Assembly: GCA_051439605.1 (NCBI GenBank)
Contig: JBFRWN010000044.1
Location: 109,853-141,852 of the forward strand
Length of the DNA: 32,000 nucleotides
Origin: Synechococcus sp.
GTDB lineage: Bacteria > Cyanobacteriota > Cyanobacteriia > Thermostichales > PCC-7336
Direction of reading: 5' to 3'
In this document: positions 18,957 to 27,982 of the stretch, piece by piece
Layout: every line of letters starts with the position of its first letter
Numbering within the stretch: position 1 is the first letter of the stretch
Made by a program: the position numbers and the translations under genes
The notes under the pieces: generated by a model
Told to the model about the DNA's origin: nothing
Database searches by the model: none
The model's input: only the letters and a program-made list of their open reading frames with translations

Positions 18957-21272
18957 GTGAAAGCGAGCAGACGTGATTTTTTAGTCAGAAGCCTCTTGGG
19001 GACAGCCGGGATCGCCGTTGCCCCCCAGATCGAAGCAGCAGCCCAACGCATATTGGGCCAATCTCAAACCTGGGGATCGGCTATGGCCGCCACCGCGGGT
19101 CGCAAATTTGCATTGTTGGTCGGGGTCGATCGCTACAGCAACGGCCTCGACCCCCTACAGGGATGTGCCACGGATGTCACTTTGCAGCAGGAGGTACTGG
19201 AACATCGGTTTGGGTTTTCCAACATTGCCACCCTGATCGACGAAGCTGCCACACGCGCAGCGATCGAACAAACATTCATTGACCATCTCATCGAGCAGGT
19301 GGGACCCAACGATTCCGTTGTTGTTCACTTTAGTGGCTACGGACGGACTCTTCCCGATGGCAGTCCGCTATTGATGTCAGCCGATGCTCAGGCTAATCCT
19401 GCTGGTGGGGAAATTACCGATCTGCCTCTAGAAACTCTCTACCAGCTGGTTCAAGCCCTCAACACCAGATTAGTCACCGTTGTTTTAGATTGCGGCTTCG
19501 CTACAGAAACCACCGCAGAATTAGGCAATTGGCGGGTGCGATCGCCGCTACCTCTTGCGAGCTTAGAAGTGGCTGATGGAGATGACTCTGATAGTTATCG
19601 CCATCCAGATTACCGATATGCAAAAGCGGTACTAGAGCGGCAAACTAGCATCCACGAGAAATACCGCACTAGCCCCCCCCCTGGAAGCTTTAGCTACGGC
19701 CTCATCAGTCGAGCGCAGGGCAACTGGATAATGGCAGCGGCCCCTGGCCAAGCTGCGGCAGAGGGCTTTTGGAATGGATTTAGTGCCGGCTTGCTGACCT
19801 ACCTCTTGACCCAGTCCCTGTGGGAAATGGGGGGCGTCGATGATTGGCAACAGCTCTATCAACTGACCAGCGCAAAAGCCCAGCAAGCGGCGGTTCCTGA
19901 CGAGCGGCCCATTTTGCAAGGGAAAGGCAATAGCCCCAATCGCCCTTATTCCCCGGATCCGATCGCGATCGGTCCAGCAGGGGCTTCGGGGGTTATCCAT
20001 GCGGTGCAAGATGACCGCACTGACATCTGGTTGGGAGGAATCTCCCCAACTGTCCTGCCTTTTTTGAAGCCAGGGACCCGGTTTAAGGATTGGAACGACG
20101 GTAAAGAGTGGGTGCTGAAATCCCGGGAACGGCTTACCGCTCGTGTAGAGCCAGCCGAGGATCTTTCCCCGCCCACCCCCCTGTCCTCAGAGGACGCTGC
20201 CACCCAGCAGCCCGCCAGTCAGCTGCCTGCTATCCCAGCAGCCGCCTCCACTGGTGGGGCAGCTTCTCAGAGAACGGCATCCCCCCTAGGAGCTCTGGTA
20301 ACGGAAGTCCAACGGGTTATTCCATTGGCGCGGTTAGCCATTGCCCTCGATAACAGTTTGCAGCGGATTGAAAAAGTTGATGTCAGCAGCGTCCTGTCCA
20401 ACGCGAATCTGGCCGGAGAACTGCATGCGCTCGAAACCGCTCAATTGCAGGAGCGTGCGGTGGACTGTTTGTTTGGCCGCATGACACCCGATTTACAGGC
20501 ACAACTGACTCTGGAGAACCCTCCAGAAGTCGGCAGCTACGGCCTGATGTGGTCCGGTCGCGTTCCTCTCTACGATTCCTTCGGCAATGCTGGCGAAGCC
20601 CCCAAAAGCGCTATCAAACGGCTCATTCCCCGGCTGCAGCATCTACTAGCGGTTAAACGCCTGCGCGCAACTCTGAACGACAATGTTTCCCAGCTCTCGG
20701 TGGTGCTAGAGATTGGCAGTGGTGAAACTACCTGGCAAGCGGGAACCGCTCCTGCCGCCACCCAAACCCCCCTTGTCCGCAAGCTGAAACGAGGTCGAGT
20801 GGGCATTCCGCAACTCAAGGTGGGAGCACCATTGGTTTACACCCTTGAAAACCGAGGAAACACCCCCATTTATGTGGTTTTAGCTGTCCTCGATCGCCTC
20901 GGACGATTGTGCGTGTTAGCGAACCAAGGGGGAGATAACGCAGGAGCTTCCATAACGATTGCCTCCCACAGCAAGGTGGATCTGGGGCAAGCCTTGGGGA
21001 TCGGTTTCGCAGTGCGCGCGCCACAAGGACTGACCGAGGTGTTTGCGATCGCTAGCAGTAACCCGATGCCTGCATCGGAAGATGCCCTCCAAACTGTCGC
21101 GCAAGCGATGGGGATCCGCAGCGGATTTGTTATGCTCCCCCAGCCCATAGACTTTGCCCAAACCGTATTGGCGGATCTGACGTCCCCTGGAACAGCCGAA
21201 GGGACCCGGCTACTCGATCACGCCCAAAGTGCCACGATTGGACTAGCCTACACCGTAGTCCAATCTGTCTGA
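18957..21272 (+). CDS. Tat-signal-bearing caspase-fold (peptidase C14) protein with a substituted catalytic dyad (pseudo-orthocaspase) and a ~580-aa uncharacterised C-terminal region
   Basis: GTG start. The N-terminus MKASRRDFLVRSLLGTAGIAVAPQIEAAAQ carries a twin-arginine motif SRRDFLV. The p20-like domain reads KFALLVGVDRYS...LQGCATDV...ATRAAI...VVVHFSGYGR...VTVVLDCGFAT. Tyr128 occupies the His position of SGHG, and D-C-G-F replaces D-x-C-H. Confidence 0.75.
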   Translation: MKASRRDFLVRSLLGTAGIAVAPQIEAAAQRILGQSQTWGSAMAATAGRKFALLVGVDRYSNGLDPLQGCATDVTLQQEVLEHRFGFSNIATLIDEAATRAAIEQTFIDHLIEQVGPNDSVVVHFSGYGRTLPDGSPLLMSADAQANPAGGEITDLPLETLYQLVQALNTRLVTVVLDCGFATETTAELGNWRVRSPLPLASLEVADGDDSDSYRHPDYRYAKAVLERQTSIHEKYRTSPPPGSFSYGLISRAQGNWIMAAAPGQAAAEGFWNGFSAGLLTYLLTQSLWEMGGVDDWQQLYQLTSAKAQQAAVPDERPILQGKGNSPNRPYSPDPIAIGPAGASGVIHAVQDDRTDIWLGGISPTVLPFLKPGTRFKDWNDGKEWVLKSRERLTARVEPAEDLSPPTPLSSEDAATQQPASQLPAIPAAASTGGAASQRTASPLGALVTEVQRVIPLARLAIALDNSLQRIEKVDVSSVLSNANLAGELHALETAQLQERAVDCLFGRMTPDLQAQLTLENPPEVGSYGLMWSGRVPLYDSFGNAGEAPKSAIKRLIPRLQHLLAVKRLRATLNDNVSQLSVVLEIGSGETTWQAGTAPAATQTPLVRKLKRGRVGIPQLKVGAPLVYTLENRGNTPIYVVLAVLDRLGRLCVLANQGGDNAGASITIASHSKVDLGQALGIGFAVRAPQGLTEVFAIASSNPMPASEDALQTVAQAMGIRSGFVMLPQPIDFAQTVLADLTSPGTAEGTRLLDHAQSATIGLAYTVVQSV

Positions 21273-21423
21273 CCTAACGGGGTTCGTCATCGCCCATAAT
21301 AAGGAAATACACTAAGTGTAAGATTCGATCGCACTTGCACGGGAAGAAGTCTCCTGCTGTCGCTTCTCCCCTCGAGCTGGATAACCCCCTTCGCTTGCAA
21401 GTCACTCTGGAGGTTTTTAACTA

Positions 21424-22041
21424 GTGTTCTCAGACATACCGACGATGGATCAACGGGAAGTGATGCGCCTCAAGGAGCTTCTCCCCGCCAGCAGTCGGGA
21501 GGACATTGAGGTGCTAGGCGCCTCCATCAGCCAAACCGAAGTCATTCGCGGTCGGCGTCTGTTCCCTTGGCAAAAACAGCTCAAAATTACCATCAAACCC
21601 CGCGATTGGGAACAGTTCAGCCCCAACCAACGCTCGACCATTTTTCTACACACCGTTGGGTATTTCAGTCCCTCTCTGACTCGCAGCTTAGATTTCTACG
21701 CCGCGCTGGCTGGTCTGGGGGGAGTCAGCCTCATGGTTGAAGGGGTGCAAAAGGACCCAGTAGGAATTGCGGTATCCGGTAGCTTGGGGGGATTGGCAAT
21801 ATGGCAGTTAATCAAAGATCGCAATAGCGATCGCCGCCTCCTAGCCGCCGATGCCTATGCCGTCGATCGCCTAGTTCTGCGCGGGCTAGACCGCATTCAA
21901 GCAGTGGAAGCATTGGGACAAGCCCTACATCTCGAAGCCCGCCTTGTGGGGCGATGGGGAAACGATGTGGTGGATGTTTTGCGCTACAAAAATCTCAAAC
22001 GACTGGCTCAGCGCCCAGCAGAAGATATTACCTTAAGTTAG
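21424..22041 (+). CDS. Conserved-looking hypothetical protein with a central Gly-rich hydrophobic segment
   Basis: 205 aa from GTG 21424, or 198 aa from ATG 21445 (MDQREVMRLKELLPASS). It has a hydrophobic pair, FYAALAGLGGVSLMV and IAVSGSLGGLAIWQLI. I do not recognise a family with confidence. Confidence 0.5.
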   Translation: MFSDIPTMDQREVMRLKELLPASSREDIEVLGASISQTEVIRGRRLFPWQKQLKITIKPRDWEQFSPNQRSTIFLHTVGYFSPSLTRSLDFYAALAGLGGVSLMVEGVQKDPVGIAVSGSLGGLAIWQLIKDRNSDRRLLAADAYAVDRLVLRGLDRIQAVEALGQALHLEARLVGRWGNDVVDVLRYKNLKRLAQRPAEDITLS

Positions 22042-22133
22042 TTGAACTCTTAAGGTCAGAGCTGCATCAGCAAATTTAAGGTCACAGATCGTAGGTAGCA
22101 GGATATGGTTATGTAGCTGAATGGTGCAGGCAA

Positions 22134-22829
22134 GTGGAACAGCTACCGCTGGGGGACAGACTGAGGGATGTCGATCCTTTGGAGTATCCCGAATGCCGGG
22201 AGTACGACGGTGAGTTTGTCACGCTGCGTCCCCTGCATGCCGAACAGGACACCGATGCTCTGTTCGCAGTGTCCCACGGCGATAAAGAAATCGAAAAATT
22301 GTGGACCTATATGCCCGTTGGCCCATTCGCCGATCGCGACGCCATGCAGGCTTGGCTGCAGCAACTGGAGTCAGATGACGAGATTATCCCCTTTGCGGTC
22401 TATTCCAAGGCATTGCAAAAGTTGGTGGGCACCATTGCCTATCGGGCAATCGCCCCAGACATGCAGCGGCTAGAAATCGCGTACATTTGGTATACCCCGG
22501 AAGCGCAACGCACCCAAGTCAATACAGAAGCCGTGTATCTGTTGTTGAAAGAAGCCTTTGGAGAAAAGCGCTATCGGCGGGTGGAATGGAAGTGCGATGC
22601 CCTCAATCTCAAATCACGCAATGCAGCGCTGCGTCTTGGATTTAGCTACGAAGGAACCTTCAAACAACATATGGTCGTCAAAGGGCGGAATCGGGACACC
22701 GCTTGGTTTGGCATGCTCGATGACGATTGGCTCAAGCTGCAAGACCACATGGAAAAGTGGTTGTACAGCGGTGAAGAATGCTCGTTATTTGCCCTCAATC
22801 AACCGCAACTGCGGCGTGCTGTTTTCTGA
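22134..22829 (+). CDS. GNAT-family N-acetyltransferase (RimJ/RimL-like, Acetyltransf_3 type)
   Basis: 231 aa with a GTG start. LVGTIAYRAIAPDMQRLEIAYIWYTPEAQRTQVNTEAVYLLLKEAFGEKRYRRVEWKCDALNLKSRNAALRLGFSYEGTF is the typical GNAT core beta4-alpha3-beta5 region. Confidence 0.8.
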   Translation: MEQLPLGDRLRDVDPLEYPECREYDGEFVTLRPLHAEQDTDALFAVSHGDKEIEKLWTYMPVGPFADRDAMQAWLQQLESDDEIIPFAVYSKALQKLVGTIAYRAIAPDMQRLEIAYIWYTPEAQRTQVNTEAVYLLLKEAFGEKRYRRVEWKCDALNLKSRNAALRLGFSYEGTFKQHMVVKGRNRDTAWFGMLDDDWLKLQDHMEKWLYSGEECSLFALNQPQLRRAVF

Positions 22830-22923
22830 AGGTAAAAGCATTCTTGCAAACAGGTCAGACTGACGCCTTCCAGATCATTATTCCACATAATTTATTACGA
22901 TATAGCCTTTGCATCGGCATAGC

Positions 22924-23340
22924 ATGATGGCGGTATTAGGTGATAGTCGTTGCACCGTTGCTCTGTCTGTCGGAGCAGGTCGCTGAATGGGGTTGGGGTT
23001 CGTCAAACACTTGCTCAATTACGAGCAATTTGCCACCATTTATGCCACCTATCGCTCCGTCGATCGCATCTCAGAAGCCGCACTGAATATGCCGATCGAA
23101 ACCGCCTCGATTGAATACCACCGTAAGAGCCCCCAGACCATCCTGCTTGCCTTGCATCCCGGTACCACTAACACCGATTTATCTAAATCGTTTCAAGCGA
23201 GTGTCCCCCCCGAAAAACTGTTTTCGGTCGATCACATCGTCGCGCAATTGTTGGACGTAATTGCCCAAGTGGGACCGGACAACAGCGGCGAGTTTTTCAA
23301 CTGGGATGCCCCCTCCCCTGGTAAGTGCCTGCTTGGGTGA
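22924..23340 (+). pseudogene. Decayed short-chain dehydrogenase/reductase (CsgA/C-factor-like SDR) with an in-frame stop and a large internal deletion
   Basis: One frame reads MMAVLGDSRCTVALSVGAGR-TGA(22984-22986)-MGLGFVKHLL..ATYRS/VDRISEAALNM...LALHPGTTNTDLS...SGEFFNWD. The stop sits inside the glycine-rich NAD(P) motif (compare TGASRGIGLEFV). The sequence jumps from the ATxR region straight to the (Y)xxSKAALNM region, so about 100 aa including the catalytic Ser region are missing. Confidence 0.5.
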
Positions 23341-23395
23341 CTGATGTGGCGTCGCAGTAGTAGCGATGCTGTTGCGTGCTCTGAAATAGCTTGAC

Positions 23396-23761
23396 TTAGA
23401 GTGTTCCCCCAAACTCGCGAAACACCGACACAAACGCTATCAGCATCACAACGAGGGGAAACACCACTCCAAGAAAGCCTATAACCCCTAGAAAACGAGC
23501 CCACCAAAATCGGATGGTTCTCTTGCTAGAATCCGGAATGTTGCGCGCTACGAGCACAACTTTAGCGGAATAGGCCAAAATCAGCGCACCGATGGGACCC
23601 AATACCAAACTGGGCAAAAACCAAACCTGGACGAATTCAAAAGGGTAAACCTTTACTAGCGGCATTGCAGCAAAGCATAAGCCTTCCAAGATCAACCACG
23701 TGAACAGGCTGTGCTTAAAATCTCGATAAATGACAGTTTTGTGGGCAGTCATCGGAATCAT
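23396..23761 (-). CDS. Hypothetical integral membrane protein (3-4 predicted TM helices)
   Basis: 121 aa. Hydrophobic segments are LFTWLILEGLCFAAMPL, VWFLPSLVLGPIGALILAY and FLGVIGFLGVVFPLVVMLIAFVSVF. No recognisable family. Confidence 0.45.
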   Translation of the reverse strand: MIPMTAHKTVIYRDFKHSLFTWLILEGLCFAAMPLVKVYPFEFVQVWFLPSLVLGPIGALILAYSAKVVLVARNIPDSSKRTIRFWWARFLGVIGFLGVVFPLVVMLIAFVSVFREFGGTL

Positions 23762-24024
23762 TGGGCTTAAGCACTATCCAATTTATTCCTAAATATCCAT
23801 TGAGGAAACTTGGGGAACAAAAAAACAAATAAAGTTTGGTAAATTTTAACGAATTCGAGATCGCAGAATGGAGCAATTGTGTCCTTGGAGCGATAGCGGA
23901 AAACCCCCTGTAGTAGTGAGATCGGCAACAAACTCAGACTGGAGTGAGAGTTGCTATCCGAATTGAAGCTTCCACAGTTATGCCATCGATTGTTAAGCGG
24001 AGTAGAGCTGAGCAGACTCAGAAC

Positions 24025-24780
24025 TTATGCTGTTTGTCTGGCAGGCGGGGACTCTTCTGCTGGGAATACCGCACTCACGGCTAAATCCATGTAGAACTCC
24101 TCTTGATGCAGGCGCACCTGAGATCGCGACGCCATCATCAACAAAGCCCAAAACACCGTCGCCAGACTGGCTTTCCCCGGATACAGCTCCTCCTGTAGCG
24201 CAACCAAAGCCTCGAAGGTGAGGGAAGCGGCAGTTTGCCAAGCATTCGCCAAAATAGGCTCGAGTAAAGATACCGTCTCGGCCAAATTTTCCGGGTGCGA
24301 CAGCTGAGAAATGCTTGTAATTCTCTCCCCTTTTACTGCTTTGTTACGCACCTTGCGGGGTTTGCCTGCTCGTTCCTGCACCGCCTGCTCTAGCACTTGG
24401 AACTGCGCAATAATTTCTTTGAGAGTAACGGGGCGGGTTCGCTGAATGCGTGCGACCGGACGGGGACGCAACGTTTGCTCTAGCGGGATGCTGGGCAGCG
24501 GCTCAATTTCTCCCTCAAAAGGAGCCTCATCAAAATCTTCCTCTTCTTCCTCAAGTTCTGCTTCCGCTAGGGCCAATGCCTTGAGATAAACCAGCATTGA
24601 GGCATATAAAAACGCTTGACCGGATTCAGATAAATCGCGGGTGTTGGCAGTAGGGGCTAATTTCATCAAAAACCGATCGATCACGTCGATGACTTGCACG
24701 TCCCACGGATCGATTTCTCCCCGTTCGGCTAACTCAATCAGAAGGGCGATCGCCTCTTCTGCCAGCGAAACTGCCAACAC
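24025..24780 (-). CDS. scpA: Segregation and condensation protein A (kleisin of the SMC-ScpAB complex)
   Basis: 251 aa with a GTG start. The N-terminal AIALLIELAERGEIDPWDVQVIDVIDRFL is the hallmark ScpA motif. An acidic linker (EAELEEEEEDFDE) and a C-terminal winged-helix region follow. Confidence 0.85.
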   Translation of the reverse strand: MLAVSLAEEAIALLIELAERGEIDPWDVQVIDVIDRFLMKLAPTANTRDLSESGQAFLYASMLVYLKALALAEAELEEEEEDFDEAPFEGEIEPLPSIPLEQTLRPRPVARIQRTRPVTLKEIIAQFQVLEQAVQERAGKPRKVRNKAVKGERITSISQLSHPENLAETVSLLEPILANAWQTAASLTFEALVALQEELYPGKASLATVFWALLMMASRSQVRLHQEEFYMDLAVSAVFPAEESPPARQTA

Positions 24781-24973
24781 TACTATCCCTAACTGCCATC
24801 ACAATACTCGACACAGCTCGATAGGGCAGAGTTAAATCGCAGTTTCAATAAAAATTTGCGTAAGCTTGTCAAGCAAGATACTCCCGACAGAATGGAGGAT
24901 ATCGGGCAAGGAAAAAAATCGGGATGCGATCGCGGAATAAATCTTCCTGCAAATCTAGATTGCTCTGGTAGGC

Positions 24974-25195
24974 TTAATTGGCCTTCATATGTTCGCGGTA
25001 GTGAGCATCTAACCAACACTTCGGCAATGCCTCGCCAGAGGGAAATTCTAGATGAGCTTTAGTGAAATATTCTGCATCCTGCATTTCTTGGCCAGCATGG
25101 AAACGACCCATCACTTTGGCCTGATTCGGATCGAATAAAGTATCCATAGAGAGAATTTCGACAAGAGCCCCGTTGGAATGGTGTTGAAGAAACAT
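24974..25195 (-). CDS. Small conserved-looking hypothetical protein (73 aa)
   Basis: The ATG at 25195 is preceded by GGGAGG 5 nt upstream; the track starts at TTG 25213. It reads MFLQHHSNGALVEILSMDTLFDPNQAKVMGRFHAGQEMQDAEYFTKAHLEFPSGEALPKCWLDAHYREHMKAN. Function unknown. Confidence 0.5.
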   Translation of the reverse strand: MFLQHHSNGALVEILSMDTLFDPNQAKVMGRFHAGQEMQDAEYFTKAHLEFPSGEALPKCWLDAHYREHMKAN

Positions 25196-25360
25196 ACAAC
25201 CTCCCAGGTTCAATCACTCTTCCAAACACAGATATAGCATTTGTGGCAGGAGCCCGAGAAGGAGAAGTAACTATATTTGCCTTGATATTTGTAACGATCG
25301 GAAATCAACTGCTTTGGGGCCTCGATTCTGAGGAAGCGAATCTGGTATTCCAGTCGCTCG

Positions 25361-26351
25361 TTACAAGCTGATTAACGATGAAACTGCCTCCTGTGCCATT
25401 GCAGCAATCGTTTCATCAGTTGCTCTGGGTAAGCAGTAGTAATTTCCATTTGCCTGCAAAGCCAGCTCCCGTGCAAATCCTGCCGAGACAAACTTGCGAT
25501 CGGTGTCAATGAGCAATAGTTGCATGCCCAGGGCGCGAATTCTGGCCGCAATCTCCAGCAGTTCCTGTTTGATATCGGGCTGTTCTGCATTCGATTCGGA
25601 AACATGGGCTTGACGTAACGACCTCGATCCTGCGAAAAAATTAGGTTTCCCCCGCCAGCTTTGCCTCGGCGACGGCGAGTCAGCCGGGCAAAGTTTAGCA
25701 GAGTCGGATCGATCTCCATCGGTTTGGGGGGGATCTCAAACTCCTCTGGCAACGTTTCACCATCCTTCGCCAGTTCCACCCCCACCTGCAAATCCTCAGC
25801 ATTGACGATCGTTCGCCCCGATAGGGCCGCACGGGCCTTGGCAACCCATACTGCGCACAATTCCCCCCGGTGGCCCTCCACTTGGGCTCGCTCGGCTTCA
25901 GAGACTAAATAAGCGATCTGGTGCCTGGCGATGGCGACACCAGGCAGTAACTGCCGGGCAAGGGCAACTTGCAATTGCAGATTCTCAACGTCAGCCGCGT
26001 ATCGTTCCAGAAAAGCTTGAGGGTTGTCTTTGTCAGCGATCGCCCGATTTATCCCCTCAATCCGTTGCTCTACTGTTAGTGGGCGATCTCTGCCGACAAA
26101 CCCATGGCAAATAGGTCGAACAAGCGAGAGCGCAACTGTTTTTCTTCAGGATTGTAGGTGGCGATAAAGAGGGGCTTGCAAGGATGTTCGAAGCTATTGC
26201 CTTCCCGCTCGATGCGATTTCGCCCCTCCGTCAAGATGGTTAGCAGCAGATTGGCAATGCTGTCCTCCAGCACATCCAGTTCGTCGACGTAAACTACGCC
26301 GCGATGGGCTGCGGCTAAAAGCCCCGGTTGGAAAACGGTTTCATCCTGCTG
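25361..26351 (-). pseudogene. Heavily eroded Mg-chelatase subunit D (ChlD/BchD)-like pseudogene
   Basis: ChlD-like peptide is read in three different minus-strand frames. (i) 26351->26076: [89 protein letters not shown]. This is preceded by an in-frame TGA at 26352-26354, and there is no Walker A region. (ii) After a frameshift near 26080: [49 protein letters not shown]...HRGELCAVWVAKARAALSGRTIVNAEDL...[19 protein letters not shown]. (iii) After another shift near 25585: [72 protein letters not shown], with the TAA at 25363-25361. Most of the vWA/MIDAS domain is deleted. Confidence 0.7.
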
Positions 26352-26629
26352 TCATGTTCCTAGCATAAGAAGGAGACCGTGATACCCACTGGTGTAAGCC
26401 ATGATTCGCAGACTTACAACTTGGACATTTCGGATTGAACGTGACGGCACGACGTAGCTCGCGAATTCCTAACCTTCACAATTGGAGGGCTACCCATGTC
26501 CAGATAAAGTTCATTTACGATGTCGTCAGATTGTCTGACTCACAAATCAAAGCAACTTTACTTATGAAGTGGCTATTCCAGATGGCTTAACACAAACCTG
26601 TTACTGTCCTGTCTCAAAGCGAGGGCAAT

Positions 26630-27862
26630 ATGCTGAATCATCCAAAACACCAAGCTTGTCTTTGTGGGAGCAATGCAGAAGTCGTTAAAGCACTGACAGA
26701 AACAGAGAAAATAGTAATAGGAAGGGCTCTAGACTGCCAGATTATTTTCGACGCTCCCCAGGAGGATGTCAGCGTCTCCAGACACCATGCAGAAGTGCGC
26801 CCTCTGGCCGAGTCAGAGGATTGGGAAATTTGCGACCTCAACAGTGCTAACGGAACCTTCGTTAACGGACAACAATTGCATGGATGTTTAAGATTGACTC
26901 CGGGCGATCGCCTAACTTTTGGCCAGAGTCCACGGGAATTAGTTTTTGAAGTCCAAACGCTCCCGGCTATAGAGACGGGAACGGAAGTTTCTTCTCCGGG
27001 ACAGAAAGGTCCTTTGTCGAGGCCAACAAATCATCACCGTAGTATTCTCTCTCCTGGAAGCTGGTTTCCACCGTTACGATCCCCCATTCAAAGCTCTGAC
27101 TCAAAACCACGCTCAAGCTGGCAAGAGCTGTGGGAAAAAGGCAGATTCTCGTCGGTATTTATCTACTTAATACTATGTTTGATCGCAGTTTCGGTATCAG
27201 ATCGAGGCATTTCTAACGCACTTTTTACTGGATGCCTGCTAAGCATAGCCATTGCAACCATTTCTAGATTATGTGGCAAGTATAAGCCTTGGTGGCTGAT
27301 CTTAGGATTAGCCTCAATCACTGCGGGTTTAACAGTTGTGGGACATGACTTGTTACCCGATATCCTAGCTGTAAAAAACGGTATATCTATTGTAAGGCAG
27401 TTGATTAAGGCTCCTACAAAAGAGATAATCAAAGCACTACCTGTGCTAAGCATCTATTCTATGGGCAGAATGCTGCCTCGCGCTTTACAGAAGAGAATCA
27501 GAATTGTCGATCCTCTGGATGGAGTCTTATTAACAATTGCTTCAGCAATTGGGCTCGTAGTTGTTGAAAGTTATCATAAAGATCTTGCTCTCATTATTGC
27601 TGGAATTTTGCCCAATACTGCCGGGGATTTAGCTTATAGTGGAGTTTTTGGCTACTACATTGGCCTGAGCGCAATGAAGAGTCCTCGTCACCGTTGGAAA
27701 ATAATCGGATTTGGTTTTTTGCTGACGTCAGTGCTTCATTTTGTTCTAAATCTCAGATTTTTTCCAGTCGAGATTAGGATTTTGCTATCAATTTTAGAAT
27801 ATAGTCTGTTGATAACCTGTATTCTTAAAGGAATAGATGAAGCAGAAAAAATGAGAGCATAG
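26630..27862 (+). CDS. FHA domain protein fused to a C-terminal multi-pass membrane domain (tentatively PrsW-family intramembrane protease-like)
   Basis: 410 aa; GAGGG lies before the ATG. FHA: IVIGRALDCQIIFDAPQEDVSVSRHHAEV...WEICDLNSANGTFVNGQQL...LTPGDRLTFG. A Ser/Pro-rich linker follows, then at least 7 hydrophobic segments. The motifs APTKEIIKALPVL, IGLVVVESYHK and LTSVLHFVLNL loosely resemble the PrsW EExxK / E / HxxxN motifs, with the first Glu replaced by Lys. GC is visibly lower than the backbone. Confidence 0.7.
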   Translation: MLNHPKHQACLCGSNAEVVKALTETEKIVIGRALDCQIIFDAPQEDVSVSRHHAEVRPLAESEDWEICDLNSANGTFVNGQQLHGCLRLTPGDRLTFGQSPRELVFEVQTLPAIETGTEVSSPGQKGPLSRPTNHHRSILSPGSWFPPLRSPIQSSDSKPRSSWQELWEKGRFSSVFIYLILCLIAVSVSDRGISNALFTGCLLSIAIATISRLCGKYKPWWLILGLASITAGLTVVGHDLLPDILAVKNGISIVRQLIKAPTKEIIKALPVLSIYSMGRMLPRALQKRIRIVDPLDGVLLTIASAIGLVVVESYHKDLALIIAGILPNTAGDLAYSGVFGYYIGLSAMKSPRHRWKIIGFGFLLTSVLHFVLNLRFFPVEIRILLSILEYSLLITCILKGIDEAEKMRA

Positions 27863-27982
27863 ATCTGGCTTAAAATTCACGATTGCAGAATCAGGCAAGC
27901 ATGCTTTAGATACATTAGCTCGCTTGTAATCAGTTTAGGCTTGATGTTCTCACGCTACTAAGCAGCACTCATTTTGAGAATA

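Noticed and set aside
22050-22087. Direct repeat TTAAGGTCA(G/C)AG at 22050-22061 and 22076-22087, upstream of the GNAT gene.
   Set aside because: The repeat is only 12 nt with one mismatch and two copies, which is plausible by chance. A weak candidate operator at best.
26352-26629. Junction region searched for IS/integrase ends. A minus-strand frame reads ...RRAVTFNPKCPSCKSANHGLHQWV..., a possible zinc-ribbon fragment of a transposase. There is also a small hairpin GTCAGA-TTG-TCTGAC at 26525-26539.
   Set aside because: There is only a single CxxC pair, no start codon and a very short open frame. The hairpin is 6 bp. This is not enough to call a mobile-element remnant.
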